64,000 nt of DNA, taken from contig NC_134034.1 in the NCBI RefSeq assembly GCF_964204645.1, positions 5,926,914-5,990,913 on the forward strand, given 5' to 3'. This DNA is from Tubulanus polymorphus. Taxonomy: Eukaryota > Animalia > Nemertea. Below are positions 12,301 through 26,200 of this stretch, one piece after another. Position numbers and translations under genes: made by a program. How positions within the stretch are numbered: the first letter of the stretch is position 1; each line of letters starts with the position of its first letter. The notes below the pieces were generated by a model, which was given only the letters and a program-made list of their open reading frames with translations, did no database searches and had not been told where the DNA came from.

Positions 12301-14050
12301 GTATGGTTCCTTGGATTATTTTCTCAGACCGAGGAGGAATGATTATTTTCTCCAGGCTCCTAACGTAGACATCGTTATCGTCTTGATGGCAGTGTTTCTT
12401 GTAATCAATTTGGCTATCTCCGCATACAATGCTGTGACTCGCTGCATAGATTTTACAATCATAGTGCTCGAGGAAATCCATCCCTATAATGGCTTTGTTT
12501 GAAATCTCGGCTACTACAAATTTCCAGGGCGTCGGTTTATTCAAAATGTTAATACAGGCGCGAACATGACCAAAGACTTTTAGTGAAGTTCCATTAGCAG
12601 CACATAAGCTTAAGTCGCATGTAGAAAGTTAACCGCGCGTCGCAGCGTCGAGCGTGGCAAAGACATCGTGACTTAAGACAGAAATGCAAGCTCCGGTGTC
12701 AATTAAACAATCGACCTGTCTATTCTTGATATTACCATTGATGATTATGTTTGAATCTGCTTTATCGAATCGTTTATCTGGAATACGTATCAACTATTGG
12801 TTTATCGGTTTCAGGTTCAAACGTCTTCGACGAGAGCTCTACTGCCCGGGCTGATTCGGCTCTCCTCGGACCAGTCGTCTCTCGTTTGCCTGGGACTTTG
12901 AATTTGGGACTTTTTAAAATCGAGCAATGCGTCCCATCTCACCACAGTTATAGCATTTAACATCTTTATTTTGTTCTCTGCGCCTAACCTGATCTCAGGG
13001 ACCATTTCCGTTCATCATTACGGTCTTCACCGTGTTGCTGAGTTCGGATACTTGTTGCCTTAACTGTCGAATTTCACTTTGATCATCAAGCGTAAGCGAG
13101 TTAACGTGACTCCGACTTCCTCGCTCACGGTCGTCTTCGAGCTTCGTAAACCTTCTCGTTCAACTGCTAAACGAACTAACTCATTAAGAGTCTCGCACCG
13201 ACTTCTATACAGCTGCATTCGCAAATCGCGGTCATCTAATGCGTCGACAAAATGTGTTCTGATCATTCGATCACGCTGGCAGGAATCAAGGTCTGGATAC
13301 GCTCTAGCCGATAATGTCGTCGGAGCTTGGGCTAACTCTATTTCTTATTTCTGCCAGGAACAACTCTGTCTGATTTCCGTAACCGGATCTACTACTCTCC
13401 GGACCACGTAGCGATGCAAACAAGTAATCGGCTTTCATCTCGTCGTTCCAACCATTGATTCGTGACATTGTTTCGAAGACTTGACTGTAGTCTTGCCAGG
13501 GAGTTTCGCCAGAGTACAACTCGGGCTTCATCTTGCAGACACTAAACGACGAATCTCGTTGATACGGTCGTACGTCACTGGAAACTGGAACATGTTGAAA
13601 TCTCTCGCGTTCGTTCTCGGACGGTAGATCATGCAGCATATCACCGCCAGTTTCTCTGCGCAAGGGTTCCATCATCACACGATTCTCTGATGGACTTAAA
13701 CTGTGGGATCTCCGATGGTCACCAATTGAGCCACAGTTCTCTTCATTTCTGACTACAGATATCGTTTCCATTCTCAAACCTAGTCTTGTTGATATAATTT
13801 AAAGAAATTGTTCATATACATTTGAGTTAAGTCTCGGAATCGAGTATAGGCCTGGTTCATGGCTGTTGAACGAGAGGCCTAGTTACAGATATTTATCATC
13901 AGAAGCTGGGCACAAGCTGAATAAGAGGAACGTCGCATCATCGTAAAATATAAATAATCCCACCGCTGCCACCATTTTGTAGCGGATTTGGTAAGTAGCG
14001 TGGTCCAAATCCGTCCCGGGTCACCTTACTTCGTGGAGTGAAGTAAAGAA
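9368..14050 (-). mobile_element. Degenerate Ty3/Gypsy LTR retrotransposon: gag, protease, RT, RNase H, integrase
   Basis: gag 13060-13777; protease CLIDTGAC ~12680-12710; RT SPWASP, DYRRLN, MPFGL, YLDD at 10950-11968; integrase H..H...C..C, DILGPLP and GPY/F-like domain at 9368-10400. Many stops and frameshifts. LTR boundary TGTAG at 13978; far end of the LTR not resolved. Confidence 0.92.
13956..13974 (-). promoter_or_regulatory. Primer binding site complementary to tRNA-Leu 3' end
   Basis: + strand AATCCCACCGCTGCCACCA matches the 3' end (with CCA) of tRNA-Leu(AAG/TAG), 3 nt from the LTR terminus. Confidence 0.8.
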
Positions 14051-16477
14051 GGAGCTGCCCTAAATTGCAGCTTCCCCGGGAAACGGGATTCATTTCGTCA
14101 AAAATACTATAAGTCGAGGATTATCTGTCGTAAAAAAAGGTTTGTCAACTCCACTGCTGTTGCTCCTGCTTTCCCCATGACTCCAGGTTATCTGGCCAGA
14201 ATAACCACCCCCAGCCCCACCGCTGATGGACTGCGTTCAGAGGATTTCATCATAAAAATATCCATCTAGGGCTCAGTCATGACTCCTGCCAAGTGCTTTT
14301 CGTTGCACAACATCGCCCCCCCCCCCCCCGCCCGTACAATCTCGCATGATATCTCGCAACAACTAGTCTAGACCTCACATATCTTCAACCTCACAGTCTC
14401 GAACTAATAAAAACAAAACAACGAATGATGCGACTCTCCTCTCCCCATGTTTCTTCTTCGGACGTGCCCAGCTTCCCAAAAACATAACAGACTCGCCAGT
14501 AGAAAATATATATAAAATAGCCTATCATTATAGCCATTTATTCGGTCGATTAATACACCATCAACAGGACATTTCCATAGAAGTACAGGACTATGGAAAA
14601 ATACATACAAACTGCTCTCAACCTCGTTCTAAGAGGTTTAACCAATTATTATAAATACATGTATTGCGAAAATCGCAATAAAATATCATGATGACAGATC
14701 GACATCGCAGTATCAGCTGCAATAGGCTATCAAAGCCGGAGAGAAAGTGATAAAGTTCATCCAGCTTCAGAGTTGAAGCAAGAAATGCTTCAGACGCTTT
14801 GAAATAAGGATCTCAGATAGAAAGCTTCAAAAAATGCTTTCACATGACTTCGCCGAAGTAACTATTCAGCTAAGCTGTATAAAACTCGAAGTTTGAAGCA
14901 TCTCAAAGCTGAAACGCTCGATGCTTTAAGAAACGTGCTTCGCATAACAAAAGCTTAGATCTCGAGTCTATGTAAACGATAATTCGTATTTTCTCTTTTT
15001 CATGATAATTGCAGTTGATGCATCTAAAAAGTGAAAGCTTCAAAGCATCATTGCTTCACAGGAACATGCTTCACCATGAAGTTATTTGATTCTATCTACA
15101 TACGATACTTCACGACGATTATAGCTGAAGCATCTCAAAGCTGAATGCTTGAAAAGCAAAAAAGGTCTGAAAAACGATTCCCATATGTCACCATCCATGA
15201 TGAAATAGCTTATAATACGCTGTTGTTAGAAATGTAATTTAAATCTAACCATGTTCTATACAATTCGCTCACCGAATAAAGGTAGTCAGTTAGCCGATAA
15301 TCAGAAATATCAGTTTGCTTGCTTTATAACTTGACGTAAGTTGACAACCAAGTTGTTATTTTTGTGCAGCCGAACCGTCACACTTATATAGACGCGTGGC
15401 GTGACGTCACAACAAAAACAAAGGCTCTGAATTGCCCGAGAAATGCGAAATGTGACGTCATGCAACAAAAGCCGCGATTGGCTAGAGAAACACGTACCGC
15501 GACGCCGAACAACAACAAAGGCTGTGATTGGTAGTAAAACAACAGCGATGCTCGGCGCTGCACATATATTATTGAAATATGGGAATCGAACCCGCACGGA
15601 TAATTATTATTAAAGCCGCGAGAACTACGCGAATCGAGCGAAAATAGAAGTCCCGCGACTGAAATAAAAGTAGAAAAATCACTTCAAATGTGAATCTATC
15701 CACCCTGCGCCTATATGATTTAATTGATACAACGTGACATTGCATAGAAAGGAAGGCAAAGGAAGAGAGGGGAGGACACCGAAGCGAAGAAAACAACAAA
15801 TAATAAAATCCAAATCAATTTTCGCGAGTATCGTACGACTTTAACGCATCTCTAACCGCAGTTTTAGGGTCATAAAAATTATAGGAAATAAACGTTTCTT
15901 TAGTGCCGTGGCTTGGGATTGACTGCTCCGCGCGTGAGCATAATTCTTCGGGATTTTAACCTGCGGCGCCGAAGCGGCGGGCGTTGGTCGTTATTTTGAA
16001 TTTGCTCCGTTGCTAAAGGAATTTCAGATATTTTCAACTCGTTTGATCAACGCGGTTCATTGTTAAACTATTCAACAACCCAATCTTGTTCTAAATATCA
16101 CAAAATGAATAAATTATGAAATCACCCGATCCAACAGTTGCCAGAGTTTAGTTATTTCGCTGCCGGATTTTAGCGTGACGCAATTCTACTTCCGATTTCC
16201 CCATGAGATTCAAACCGGACGTCAAGTGACGTCATTTTTTTCTGACTTTGTCAGCTAGTCAGAATCGGTTAAGAAGACATTTCGTAGTATCCACATATAC
16301 GCGTTTATCAAAGGGACGTCCTCCGGGCGCCTGTGGCGTCCGTCTATTATGAGCGACTGACAGGGAAGAATTTATATGTCAAGTTTGTCTTGATACCATC
16401 GAGGCCCCGTTGCCGGCACAAATAACTGTCTACTGTCGCTGTTTAGTCTTCCCGGAATTATAGCGTTGTATTGTAAA

Positions 16478-17636
16478 CTAAAAGGTAAAGGGAACAAGAA
16501 AATTAACTTTAATAAATTATTTGACGCCTGCGAAAAAATGTAGAATATCTGGGATAAGCTAATGTGGAATTGCAAATTTGAAATCGAAGTTATAAGAAAT
16601 TTGGGGAATTATGAGATTTGCCGATTGGTAGATGATACCTTCGACTGGTCTAATTAAAAAAAAAATTGTCAACTTGTGACCGACTTCGATTCACTTTTGC
16701 CTCTAAGCTGGTCTGCAACTTCATTGCCTCCATGGTTGAAGAAAGAGCTCTTCTGATGTCTGCTTCATCATGACTTCGAGCATATCGTGTAGCCAGCCGG
16801 CCCGGTCCCGGGGCCCGGTTTGGCTGTCACTCGATATCCTAGACTTGAGTCTGGGTTGAAGTAGACATTGTCATTTAAATAACTTATACAGTTATTCAGT
16901 ATGAATTACCCGTGTGTCTTGTATTTTGTATTTTCTTAGTTTAAAATTTGTAACTTTATTGAATTTGGGAATTTTATCCCGGAATTTCAATGTAATAAGG
17001 ATCAATAAAGTATTGAATTGAATTGTCACCTTATACACATGCCATCAGGGGACGCGGAGCCGTATATGACAGCTATGTTATTATAAATTGCTAATCTCAT
17101 GAAACCTGCATACCCCTAATATCGAACATATTTTCTAAAACATTTGAATATTGAAATTATATGTTTACACGTTTTTATATAGACCGCTTGTAGCCGCCGA
17201 TGAAATCCACGCCGGCCCTACTCAGATCGTAGATAGCTTCGTCATTCCACTAGCATCCCCATGACAGGGTCTGACTTTTATATCAGACTTCCAAATCGTG
17301 TATACATCCGCCATTTAACCGAATTATCCGATTTACTTATCATTTCTATTTATGCCTGCCGCTCCTGATATAATCATACATCCTTTACTATTACAATACG
17401 TCTTCTCATGATATTCAATGCAATATAACATTCCGACGTTCAAATAGAGGTCATTATATAATCACAGGGAGCCATTCTACATCTTTATCAATAATATTTT
17501 GCCAAATAGCTTGTATGAGTACACATAAACCTGTGACGTTTTGCACATCGATTTACGGTTGTCGTTTGTAAAATGACGCTGAATGGTTAGCATTGTTTAG
17601 GTTTCATAATGGTAACGTTTTATAAGGCGTCAAAAA
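16478..17636. repeat. ~1.15-kb dispersed repeat, copy 1 (uninterrupted)
   Basis: Its reverse complement aligns by eye to 40914-41055 plus 44679-45812. Contains an internal AATAAA-(TTGAA)n retroposon-like tail at ~17003-17025. Confidence 0.9.
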
Positions 17637-20139
17637 ATCAATGATTGTATGATTCAATCAGACAATTGCAATTTAGGTCAATTTCTTAACCTATACCTGC
17701 CCTTCCATAGTAATATGAATCCCAAAATAGATGATTTCAGATCATCTCTGCACTAGTTTGAGAGCAGTTTCTTCTTTTTTTCTCAGTCATCTATTTCCTC
17801 AATTTCCAACACCGATTTTTCCCATTAAAGGAACCAATTATGAACCCCTTCTAGATGCTTTAATCTCTCATCGTTGGTGTATTTTATGCATCTCAAATCG
17901 AGGAATATTTACACCAGCAGCGTTGTCTGTCGGAGGATCCCGATGCTACCGTTCAGCTTTCCGCCTTCTACCCGAGACTTTCTTTGAATATATATCTTGA
18001 AAGGCATTAAAATCAATGAATTTTCTTATCACTTGGAGTAGAGATCTGCCTCCGAGAATTCGGCAAAAATCATTAAAAAATATCTTTTAAGTCCTCCGTG
18101 TTTTCGCCACGATCTTTCAAGACATGTTATGTTTGTTTTGATGTTCAATCTAGCACCTTGTAAAATCTGTGTATATCTCAATTTTCACTCTCGTGATTTG
18201 CAAAAAAATGATTATTTCATTTATCCGATCATTTGAATCAAATTCATCACAATTTAAACTTCTAATTTAATTTTTTTTCTGCAGTCCTTCTGATGTTCTA
18301 TACGGAAAATAATCAAATCATTAAAAAGAAATTTTATTTTTATTTTCTCCAGTCCCTTTCCATATCAAAACGTGTATTATTTTTAAAAAACTTTTCCCCT
18401 TCGCCAGGATGATATTGACTCTTAAAAACTAATTTCATACAAGTTAAAACTTTGATATTTCATCATAAACGCTTGTGCAAGTACCATAATACTCAATGCA
18501 GTACGTTTAGTATGGCGTTTAGACTGTACCATTCGTAGGCTTATTTAAAGATTTGCCAGTAAATGTAGCACCCGCGGTGTTCTAACGTTCTCTTTGAATT
18601 GTATATACTCGAAAGTAGCCTGTATCGTGTTTTCTTCAAAGTATGTTTCATTTCCATTATGAAATAAACTAATTGAGATTGGTTTACCGGATTTGTAAAT
18701 GAATAATTCGAATCTGCTGGCTCTCCGAGGAAATGAATTCAAAAGCCACGGTTGGTAAGTGCTTTATCTAAGTTAATGTGTTTAATTGTAAATCCGTATG
18801 ATTGCAGCGCTGCAACGATCTCTCATTATAGCAACCCCGAATCAGTGGCTGAAGCATCTACGGTTGGAAAGTGACATAGAGGGAATCTGAATCCGTATAT
18901 CCGATAAACTCGAATTGTAGCAAGTATTTTGCGAGCGGGCTTGGCGGGTAGGTAGGTAGGTGTTGGTTGGTGTTGGCTGCATTTATTTATACATAATACA
19001 TAGAAAAAACAAGTTACGATATATAAAAGTCTATCTGGTTATGAATAATTCCGATACAACAGCAAGGATGCCAAAAAAAGCCAAAGCTTGTAAAATTGAT
19101 GGCACCTTAGAAATAGATAGAAAAAAAATTAAATAATCGTAATAGAGATAGAAAGGGTGGACAAAACACCAAACAAAACGAAAATGAAAAAAAATGAGTT
19201 CAAACGATAATAATAATGATGATAATAATAATAAAATAAGCAAAAGCATATCCAGGTAAGTAAAAATTTTTGGAAGCAGTACCATTCCCAACTACATTAA
19301 TTAAATATATACTAATGAAATGGTAATAAACGTTGTTTATAACAATTTTTGAATATTGAAATGGAAGATGATAAGATAACTGAAGCATATAGACTGTTCC
19401 AAAGTGATGGGCCAGAAATCGAGATTGATTTGGTTCTAGCTTTTGATTTGGAAAATCAAAGAACTATAAGTCGTTAGGCTTGGGGTGTCCTCTCAAAAAT
19501 TATATTGTCAATAATATATATTGTAATTATATACACGATTTAATATTTATTGAGAAATAAAATCCATATTCAGGAGCGAACTGGAAGGCCGATTCCTCTA
19601 AAAACCGCTAGTGCCGCTGGTAATCGTGTGTTTTGTTCAGCGCCCTCAACTGTGGCGATAATCAATAGATGTTGAATAAGGGTTGCCGGTCTCTATTCTT
19701 AATTTAGCATTTTCCATTGATTTGTATTTATACAATGTACCAAATCTTGAAAAACGGAAGAAAGAGAATAGACCGTGTATTAAGTATAGTAAACTCAGAC
19801 CTATCACCGTTAGCTTTAAGCTTGTTGATCGTTGAGTAATTTAAAAAAAACCTTGACAAACTAGTTTAGCTGCTCTGCATACGGAATTACCAATTTGCGT
19901 AAAATTGTTTGGATCAACAAACGTATAGAGCTGGTCGTCATCTGCTTTAGATGTGATTATTACATATTGACGTATCATATCTCCAATAGGTTTTGAATAA
20001 AGCATAAACAATAGAGGGCCTAAAATATATAAGGGGTTCAGAGAAAAATGCCAAAGGTCGGGTCAAGCACACTCTCCCCAACCTTTGGCCTGAAACCCCT
20101 ATTATCCCTATTACTTTTCAGTACTTTTATGTGTTAAAT

Positions 20140-20870
20140 TCTTATAAAAGTAACGAGACATTAACGAATGAAATAATTCATATTTAAATCAGTGAATATT
20201 TATATGTGTTAAATTCTTGATTTTAACATAAAAGTAACGAGTAATTAACGAGTTGAAGAAAATATCAACCAAAGGTCACAGGGTCGAGTGAGTAAAGTGT
20301 GAGTGAAATAATTTATATTTAAATCAGTGAATATTTATAGTTATATTTGTTAAATTCTTGATTTTAACATAAAAGTAACGAGTAATTAACGAGTTGAAGA
20401 AAATATCAATTTTAATAAAGAATTTAGTATTAAAATGGAAGCAAATAAGAAGTACTACTGTCCGGCATGTAAAATTAATATAGATAAATCCCAAAAATCA
20501 AAACACAATAAAACTAAAACACATTTAGAAAATTTATTGAAATTAGAATATAAAGATGATACATTAGAAACTAAATTAGAAGAATTAAAGAATGAAAAAG
20601 AAATATATAAATGTGATACATGTAATCAATCATTCAGTGAAAAAAGATATCATAAAGAACATTTAAAATCTAAAACTCATATTAGAAATATGAATAATGA
20701 GTTAAATAATATAAAAAGTACCGAGTAATTAACGAGTTGAATAAAAAATATCAATTTTAATAGAAAAATTACTTATAAATGAATGAACAGATACTACAAT
20801 TCAAAGATGATGTCGATTTAAATGAATTAGAAAAACTATTTTACAATAGGAAATAATATTCCTAATTTTG
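20140..20870 (+). mobile_element. Polinton/Maverick-related fragment
   Basis: Shares the repeated motifs AAAGTAACGAGTAATTAACGAGTTGA and TGAGTAAAGTGTGAGTGAAATAA with the TIRs of the element at 60252-61986. Extremely AT-rich. Confidence 0.6.
20435..20728 (+). CDS. Small double C2H2 (U1/matrin-like) zinc-finger ORF within the Polinton-like fragment
   Basis: YYCPACK...H.KTKTH and YKCDTCN..F....YHKEHLKSKTH. Intronless, ATG to stop, 97 aa. Confidence 0.6.
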   Translation: MEANKKYYCPACKINIDKSQKSKHNKTKTHLENLLKLEYKDDTLETKLEELKNEKEIYKCDTCNQSFSEKRYHKEHLKSKTHIRNMNNELNNIKSTE

Positions 20871-21039
20871 ATTAAAACTGCACGTTTCCATTTTCAAGTG
20901 AAAATAGTACCGAATCAACCCAAAAAAAAGATCAAGCCCGAAACCGCCACCTCCTGTAGATACAAAACCACAGAAGTAGACGACACAATCAACCAAGAAA
21001 ATGTGGAGTATCTATTGGCGTTCGGGCAATTTTTCTAAA

Positions 21040-21900
21040 CAATGTGATGGCTAGGCAGGGAAGATTGATATCACTAAAATTGTCCTTGTTTGGTAAAATT
21101 TATAATATCGTAAATATATATGCCCCTAATAAAGATCGTGACAGAAAAGCATTCATACACAATATCGGCAATTATCCCAACATCAACCCAAATGAATATT
21201 CAATAAAAGCTGGAGATTTTAACTGCATAGAAAGTCCCAAATTCGAGATTCAACATCTGATAACCAGAGCATACGAAGTGCGTCCGAAAAATTAGCAAAT
21301 TGATACCAGCATCTGATAACCAGAGCATACGAAGTGCGTCCGAAAAATTAGCAAATTGATGCCAACAATACAAATTAGCAGATGCCTATAGATTGAAAAA
21401 TCATGGCACACCAGCATTTTCTAGAGTAGCAAAACGGAACAATAATGTAAATAGGAAAGAATAGATCGATTTTATGTATCAGACACTATACAGCCAGACA
21501 TAGCGGAGGTGAGACATGTCAACTCCATTCACTCCGATCACAAGATCGTCGAATTAATCATTAACACTTCTCAAGTCAAACGCGGCAAAGGATACTGGCA
21601 TCTTAACAACGAACTACTTGAAGGCAAAACTCAAATACAACAATGATTTATAAAATTTGCTTCGGAACTCCGGAAAATTAAAAACAATCTTACGAAATCC
21701 TTAGAATCAGAATTATTCATTCTTGAAAAACTTTCTGATTTAGGGGTAAACACTAACCAAAATCAAATTGAATATCTTACCAAGCGTAACGATTTTGAAA
21801 TTGAAAAAAGCAAAAAGAGCAACTATTAGATCGAAAAATCAATGGCGAGAATTCGGGGAGAAAACAAGTACCTTCTTCGCAAATAATGAAAAACTACGCA
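21040..21900 (+). mobile_element. Tx1/L1-clade LINE endonuclease fragment (degenerate)
   Basis: Motifs NIYAPN, GDFN, IDRFYVS, SDH, RGKGYWHLNN and RSK..W...GEK. Internal 56-bp tandem duplication at ~21254-21365. Confidence 0.8.
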
Positions 21901-21944
21901 CTTAAGCGAATCACATACGGACTACGGTTGAAACAATCTAATCG

Positions 21945-24317
21945 CGGTTCCTGAACTTCGCTGAAAAAGCTGAATCACTGAAACGCTGAAACGCTGAAAT
22001 AAAAACGCTGAAATTTCAGGGAATTTCCGAAAAACGCCGAAATTTCAGGGAATTCCCGAAAAACGCTGAAATCGTGCTAGGTACCAACAATACACGTTTT
22101 GAAATATTTTCCGGGCCGGTGTCCGCTGCCGAGTCCTGAACCGTGTTTTAGTCTCTACCTTCGGTTACAGAGACATGCATGGACAGTATGTGTGGAGTAT
22201 ACTTCTAGAGGGCCACTTGTTGGACAAATTAATTCGCTTGAAATCCGGATTTTTAATGCATACAGGCAGCATAATGAGGAAAACCCATTCACAAACCGAC
22301 TTAAGCCAACTTAAACACTATGCTCAATATTCCCTGCAAGATGCAAAATATCTTATTTGAACGTTCATGTATAAAACATGCAGCAACTTTTCTTTTGTCA
22401 ACACGTTGATGGGCGACGGACTATGTCACTATGGTATTCTCTGAAGGAGGTAAATTAAATTTGACAGCTAGTTATATAAATGATGCAGCTTTTGGACAAA
22501 AGGGATCTAACTAAATTTCTTTTTAATTCGCTATGGAATGGAATGGAATGGATTGACGCCAATGGCATGCAGTAGGCCCCTACGTATGGGTCATACTGAT
22601 TAGCGTCAACCAATTAATCTAAATTGGGCTAACCATTCAACAACTGTGAATAATTTATTTGCTGTGGCGTGATAATAATTAGTTTTTTTGAAGAAATGAC
22701 ATACCAACTGTTAGAAAAATGTACCGATTCTTATTTTTAGACTACTACTGAATCTATAAAAGGAGGAGTCATAGACAAAGTTGATTTGCTTAGCTGGTGA
22801 CACTTCTTGTCAAGTACATCATCTCAAGTACTGGGTGTTTTGTAAGTTTAATTTCAGTATTTATTTACTAAGTGCTGTTCTCTCGGACCTCAGTGCTTTC
22901 AAACTAGGCCCACCCCATAGGCTATATAGTCCAGGGTGCATTAGCCACTATTCTTTTATATCTGACTAAAATGCACCTTTTTCTATTTTTAGATTCAGGC
23001 TTAGAATGTGCAAATTTTTTGAGATACTGAGAAATCAGATGGCACCAGTAAACTTCAACTGCGAAATTTGCAGCAGGATAGCTGAACGACACAATTTTTA
23101 AAAATAAAATGGCTATTCGAATGCTATTTCAATAATAACTTGATTCAACCTGAGAGAAATAAGTCAATTGCGGATGTACAGTACACCCACTTTTCTTCCC
23201 TGTTTCCTGGTACCAAATTTTTAGTCTTAAGCTAAGCGATATTCTAAGGTATACTAGTGGATTTCATTAGAATATGAAGCAATGGAACCAGAATTCTAGC
23301 CAGAGTTAAGCGAACTATTGATTCTGATATAATGTAAGAACTGATTTCCTTTGTGTACTCTTGCAGAATGTGTTATGTTTTATTTCAAGCTGTTAAATAA
23401 TATAGTTAGACAAATGTCCAATTATTGGATCTTTCTTGTTGACTTGTTTAATTTTGTGAGTTAAGAGTTCCAGTCAATCCACAATGTGCAGTGCCTAGCC
23501 TTCATCTACACTAAAGCCAAGCCTGTGTATGGGAAAAAAAATATCGTTCGACTCCTATAGGCCAGACACATCAAAGCATGCAATACATTGCAGATAGTAG
23601 TCTCCGGCAAGTCGAAAGAGAAAGTAAACCAGGTTTTACCCCGTACCCTACCCGGGAACCAAAGACACTTAAAGATTCCTTCCTCCTTGTAGAAATTGTA
23701 GAAATATGGCACCCAATTGTAGCAATGCTAAGTACAGTATACTATGACGGTTGAACCTTTCTTAACGAATTTCAATGACACCGAAAATAGAATCAAAATA
23801 ATCATTAGTTCCATGCTAGCACTTAATTTGGGTTATCAGGTTCAGCCTAACTGTACTTTCATTCAGCTACTACTTGTATGAGACTTGGCAATGATAAATT
23901 GCAAGAAATCACCAAACATAAGAAAAAATATTGTGAATTAATATTACTGTGATTAAGAATTTATTCAAATGAAGTGATAACTTCATTGTTAGATCGTACC
24001 GGTATATGCACATAAAACTATGGCAAAAAACACATCTAACAATCCACGCAATCCGCAATCGATCAAGTCGATCATGACGACGACCTTAAGGCATGTCTCT
24101 GTAACCGAAGGTAGAGCATAAAACACGGTTCAGGACTCGTCAGCAGACACCGGCCCGGAAAAAAATTTCAAAATGTGTATTGTCGGTACCTAGCACGATT
24201 TCAGCGTTTTTCGGGAATTCCCTGAAATTTCGGCGTTTTTCGGAAATTCCCTGAAATTTCAGCGTTTTTATTTCAGCTTTTCAGTGTTTCAGCTTTTTCA
24301 GCGAAGTTCAGGAACCG
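21945..24317. mobile_element. Non-autonomous Mutator-like element with ~230-bp TIRs
   Basis: TIRs 21945-22178 and 24091-24317 (CGGTTCCTGAACTTCGCTGAAAAAGCTGAA...) carry repeated GCTGAAAT motifs. Exact 9-bp TSD ATCTAATCG at 21936-21944 and 24318-24326. Confidence 0.9.
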
Positions 24318-24326
24318 ATCTAATCG

Positions 24327-26200
24327 CTCAATTTTGGAAAAATAGTCATTACCTTTGCACATCAATTTTTCCTACTTATTAAATAATCATTGATGAACAC
24401 CTTTTTCGAAAGTCTTGAATCTTCTAACTGCACAAAGTGGTTCCAATATTTGATCATGTTTATCCAGCAGTGAATTTCTATGGGTCTCACTCCAAGATCT
24501 CCTATAATTGCTAATTTTGGGGCAAATTTATGTACACCAAGGTAGTAACGGAGAGCTTTTATCTGGATACTGATCCACAGCTAGATTTTCGTAGTAACTG
24601 AAAATGTTTCGTAGTATTTAGAAATGTTCTTAATGGTGTTTCCGTATGCGTGGGGGTTACGTTAAAGCCGTCAGACAAGAACGTACTAGTAGTAAGAATT
24701 ACGAAAGTTCTTGTTTGATGCTTTCATCTACCAACGCAAACCATAAATCAGTCTATAAACAACAATTCTTTCTCGGTTCTTCTGCTGTGAGATCTGGCAA
24801 ACATTCAGAAAATCTTTATATAAAACTTTTAAATAGTTGGAACCATATTTGGTTGGGTCGGAACAATGGAGTGTATTTATAATGAGGCTCGTGAAGGGAT
24901 CACGCTGATACTTGATGATATTCCCGGCTACTTTCCGTAAAAGGAAAAACCGGAAGTTTAGGAAGATGTGGTTGTTTTGCTTATCCTGTATTAAAATAGA
25001 ATTAGTTAAATTGTAGATAAAATAATTAGTATAAGTATTTCAAATAATTTAAGAATTGATAATCAATCACAATGTATTCCGAATCGTAGTTAATTATAAT
25101 AATTAAAAAAGAAACAATGAATTTGTACTGTAATTAGAAAAGAAAACAAAGTTTTGAAAATATATTTAATTTGAGTAATCTAGATGTTGTTTAAGAACAA
25201 ATTGTTAATAATCGCTAATGTTTTAGAAAAATTAATTTGTGTTAAATGTTAAAACTAGCTGTCTGAAGTTTCTGCTGTCTGTATGCGCTCGTTGGTAATT
25301 CACAGACAATAGCTGCTCTCTCAACGACTAGCAAGGAGTGAGTAAATCACAACGCGTCATGACAGGAGGGTTTGAAGGAAAAAGTTAGTTTAGCAAATCA
25401 GTTTTGAAAATAATTTTAGATCAGCGAATCATTAAGGCCAAATTCTATATGACCAAAACAGTCATGACAGTAAGGTTGCTGCTCCTTGCCAAAAGTCGAG
25501 TGGGAGAGTCGGTATTTTAAGAATGCCGATTCTTTCTATAAAAGGGACCCGCATCTTGAGAGAGCAGTCAATCGCGAGAATCTGTACCTTAGTAAGACGA
25601 GTGTCGACAGCAGGACAGGAGAAGCTTCGGAACGATAGGGATTCATATACAATAGGGATTAGGAAAATCATTCTTTGTTCAAGGTAAATAAAATATATTA
25701 TCTTCAATATTATCATCCGGTATTTCAATTTATTCATTCGGATTTGTGCACGGACACGTTCTCTCGCCAGGGCCTTACTCAAGTATTTTATAGATAACGA
25801 TTAAAGAGAGGATTGTGACCGGCGTATCAATACTCTCGATGGCTTGAAAATTTTTAAAACCCCATACTTCAGATGAATACATGAGAATAGGAGAAATGCA
25901 TGTGTTAAATACTCTCGAATAACAGTCATACGAGGCATCGGGATATTTCGTATCATACCCCCAAGGGCTCGTTGCCCAGACGCTGCACGATGTTCTGTTA
26001 TGGTATCAAGATCGAGGTTTTCATCGAAAATTACTCCCAAATATTCATATTTATCCATGTATTCCAAAATGTTGTCTTCAATAGTAAAACCATGGTTTGA
26101 TCTAGCCACGTTTTATTTTCTAAAGTGTATAATTTGAGATTTGGAGAAGTTTATAGAAACGCGCCATTTGTTACACTAGGTTTCAACACATTGGATCATT
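24327..26200 (-). mobile_element. RTE-X-like LINE 3' fragment interrupted by a solo LTR
   Basis: 25830-26200 reads YEYLGVIFD...LMYSSEVWG...QAIES and 24330-24570 reads IQIKALRYYLGV...GDLG...KYWNH. The frame joins when 24571-25829 and one ATAC are removed. Confidence 0.8.
24571..25829. mobile_element. Solo LTR (1259 bp)
   Basis: Begins TGAT and ends ATCA. Flanked by a 4-bp TSD ATAC at 24567-24570 and 25830-25833. Removing it restores the host LINE frame. Confidence 0.8.
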
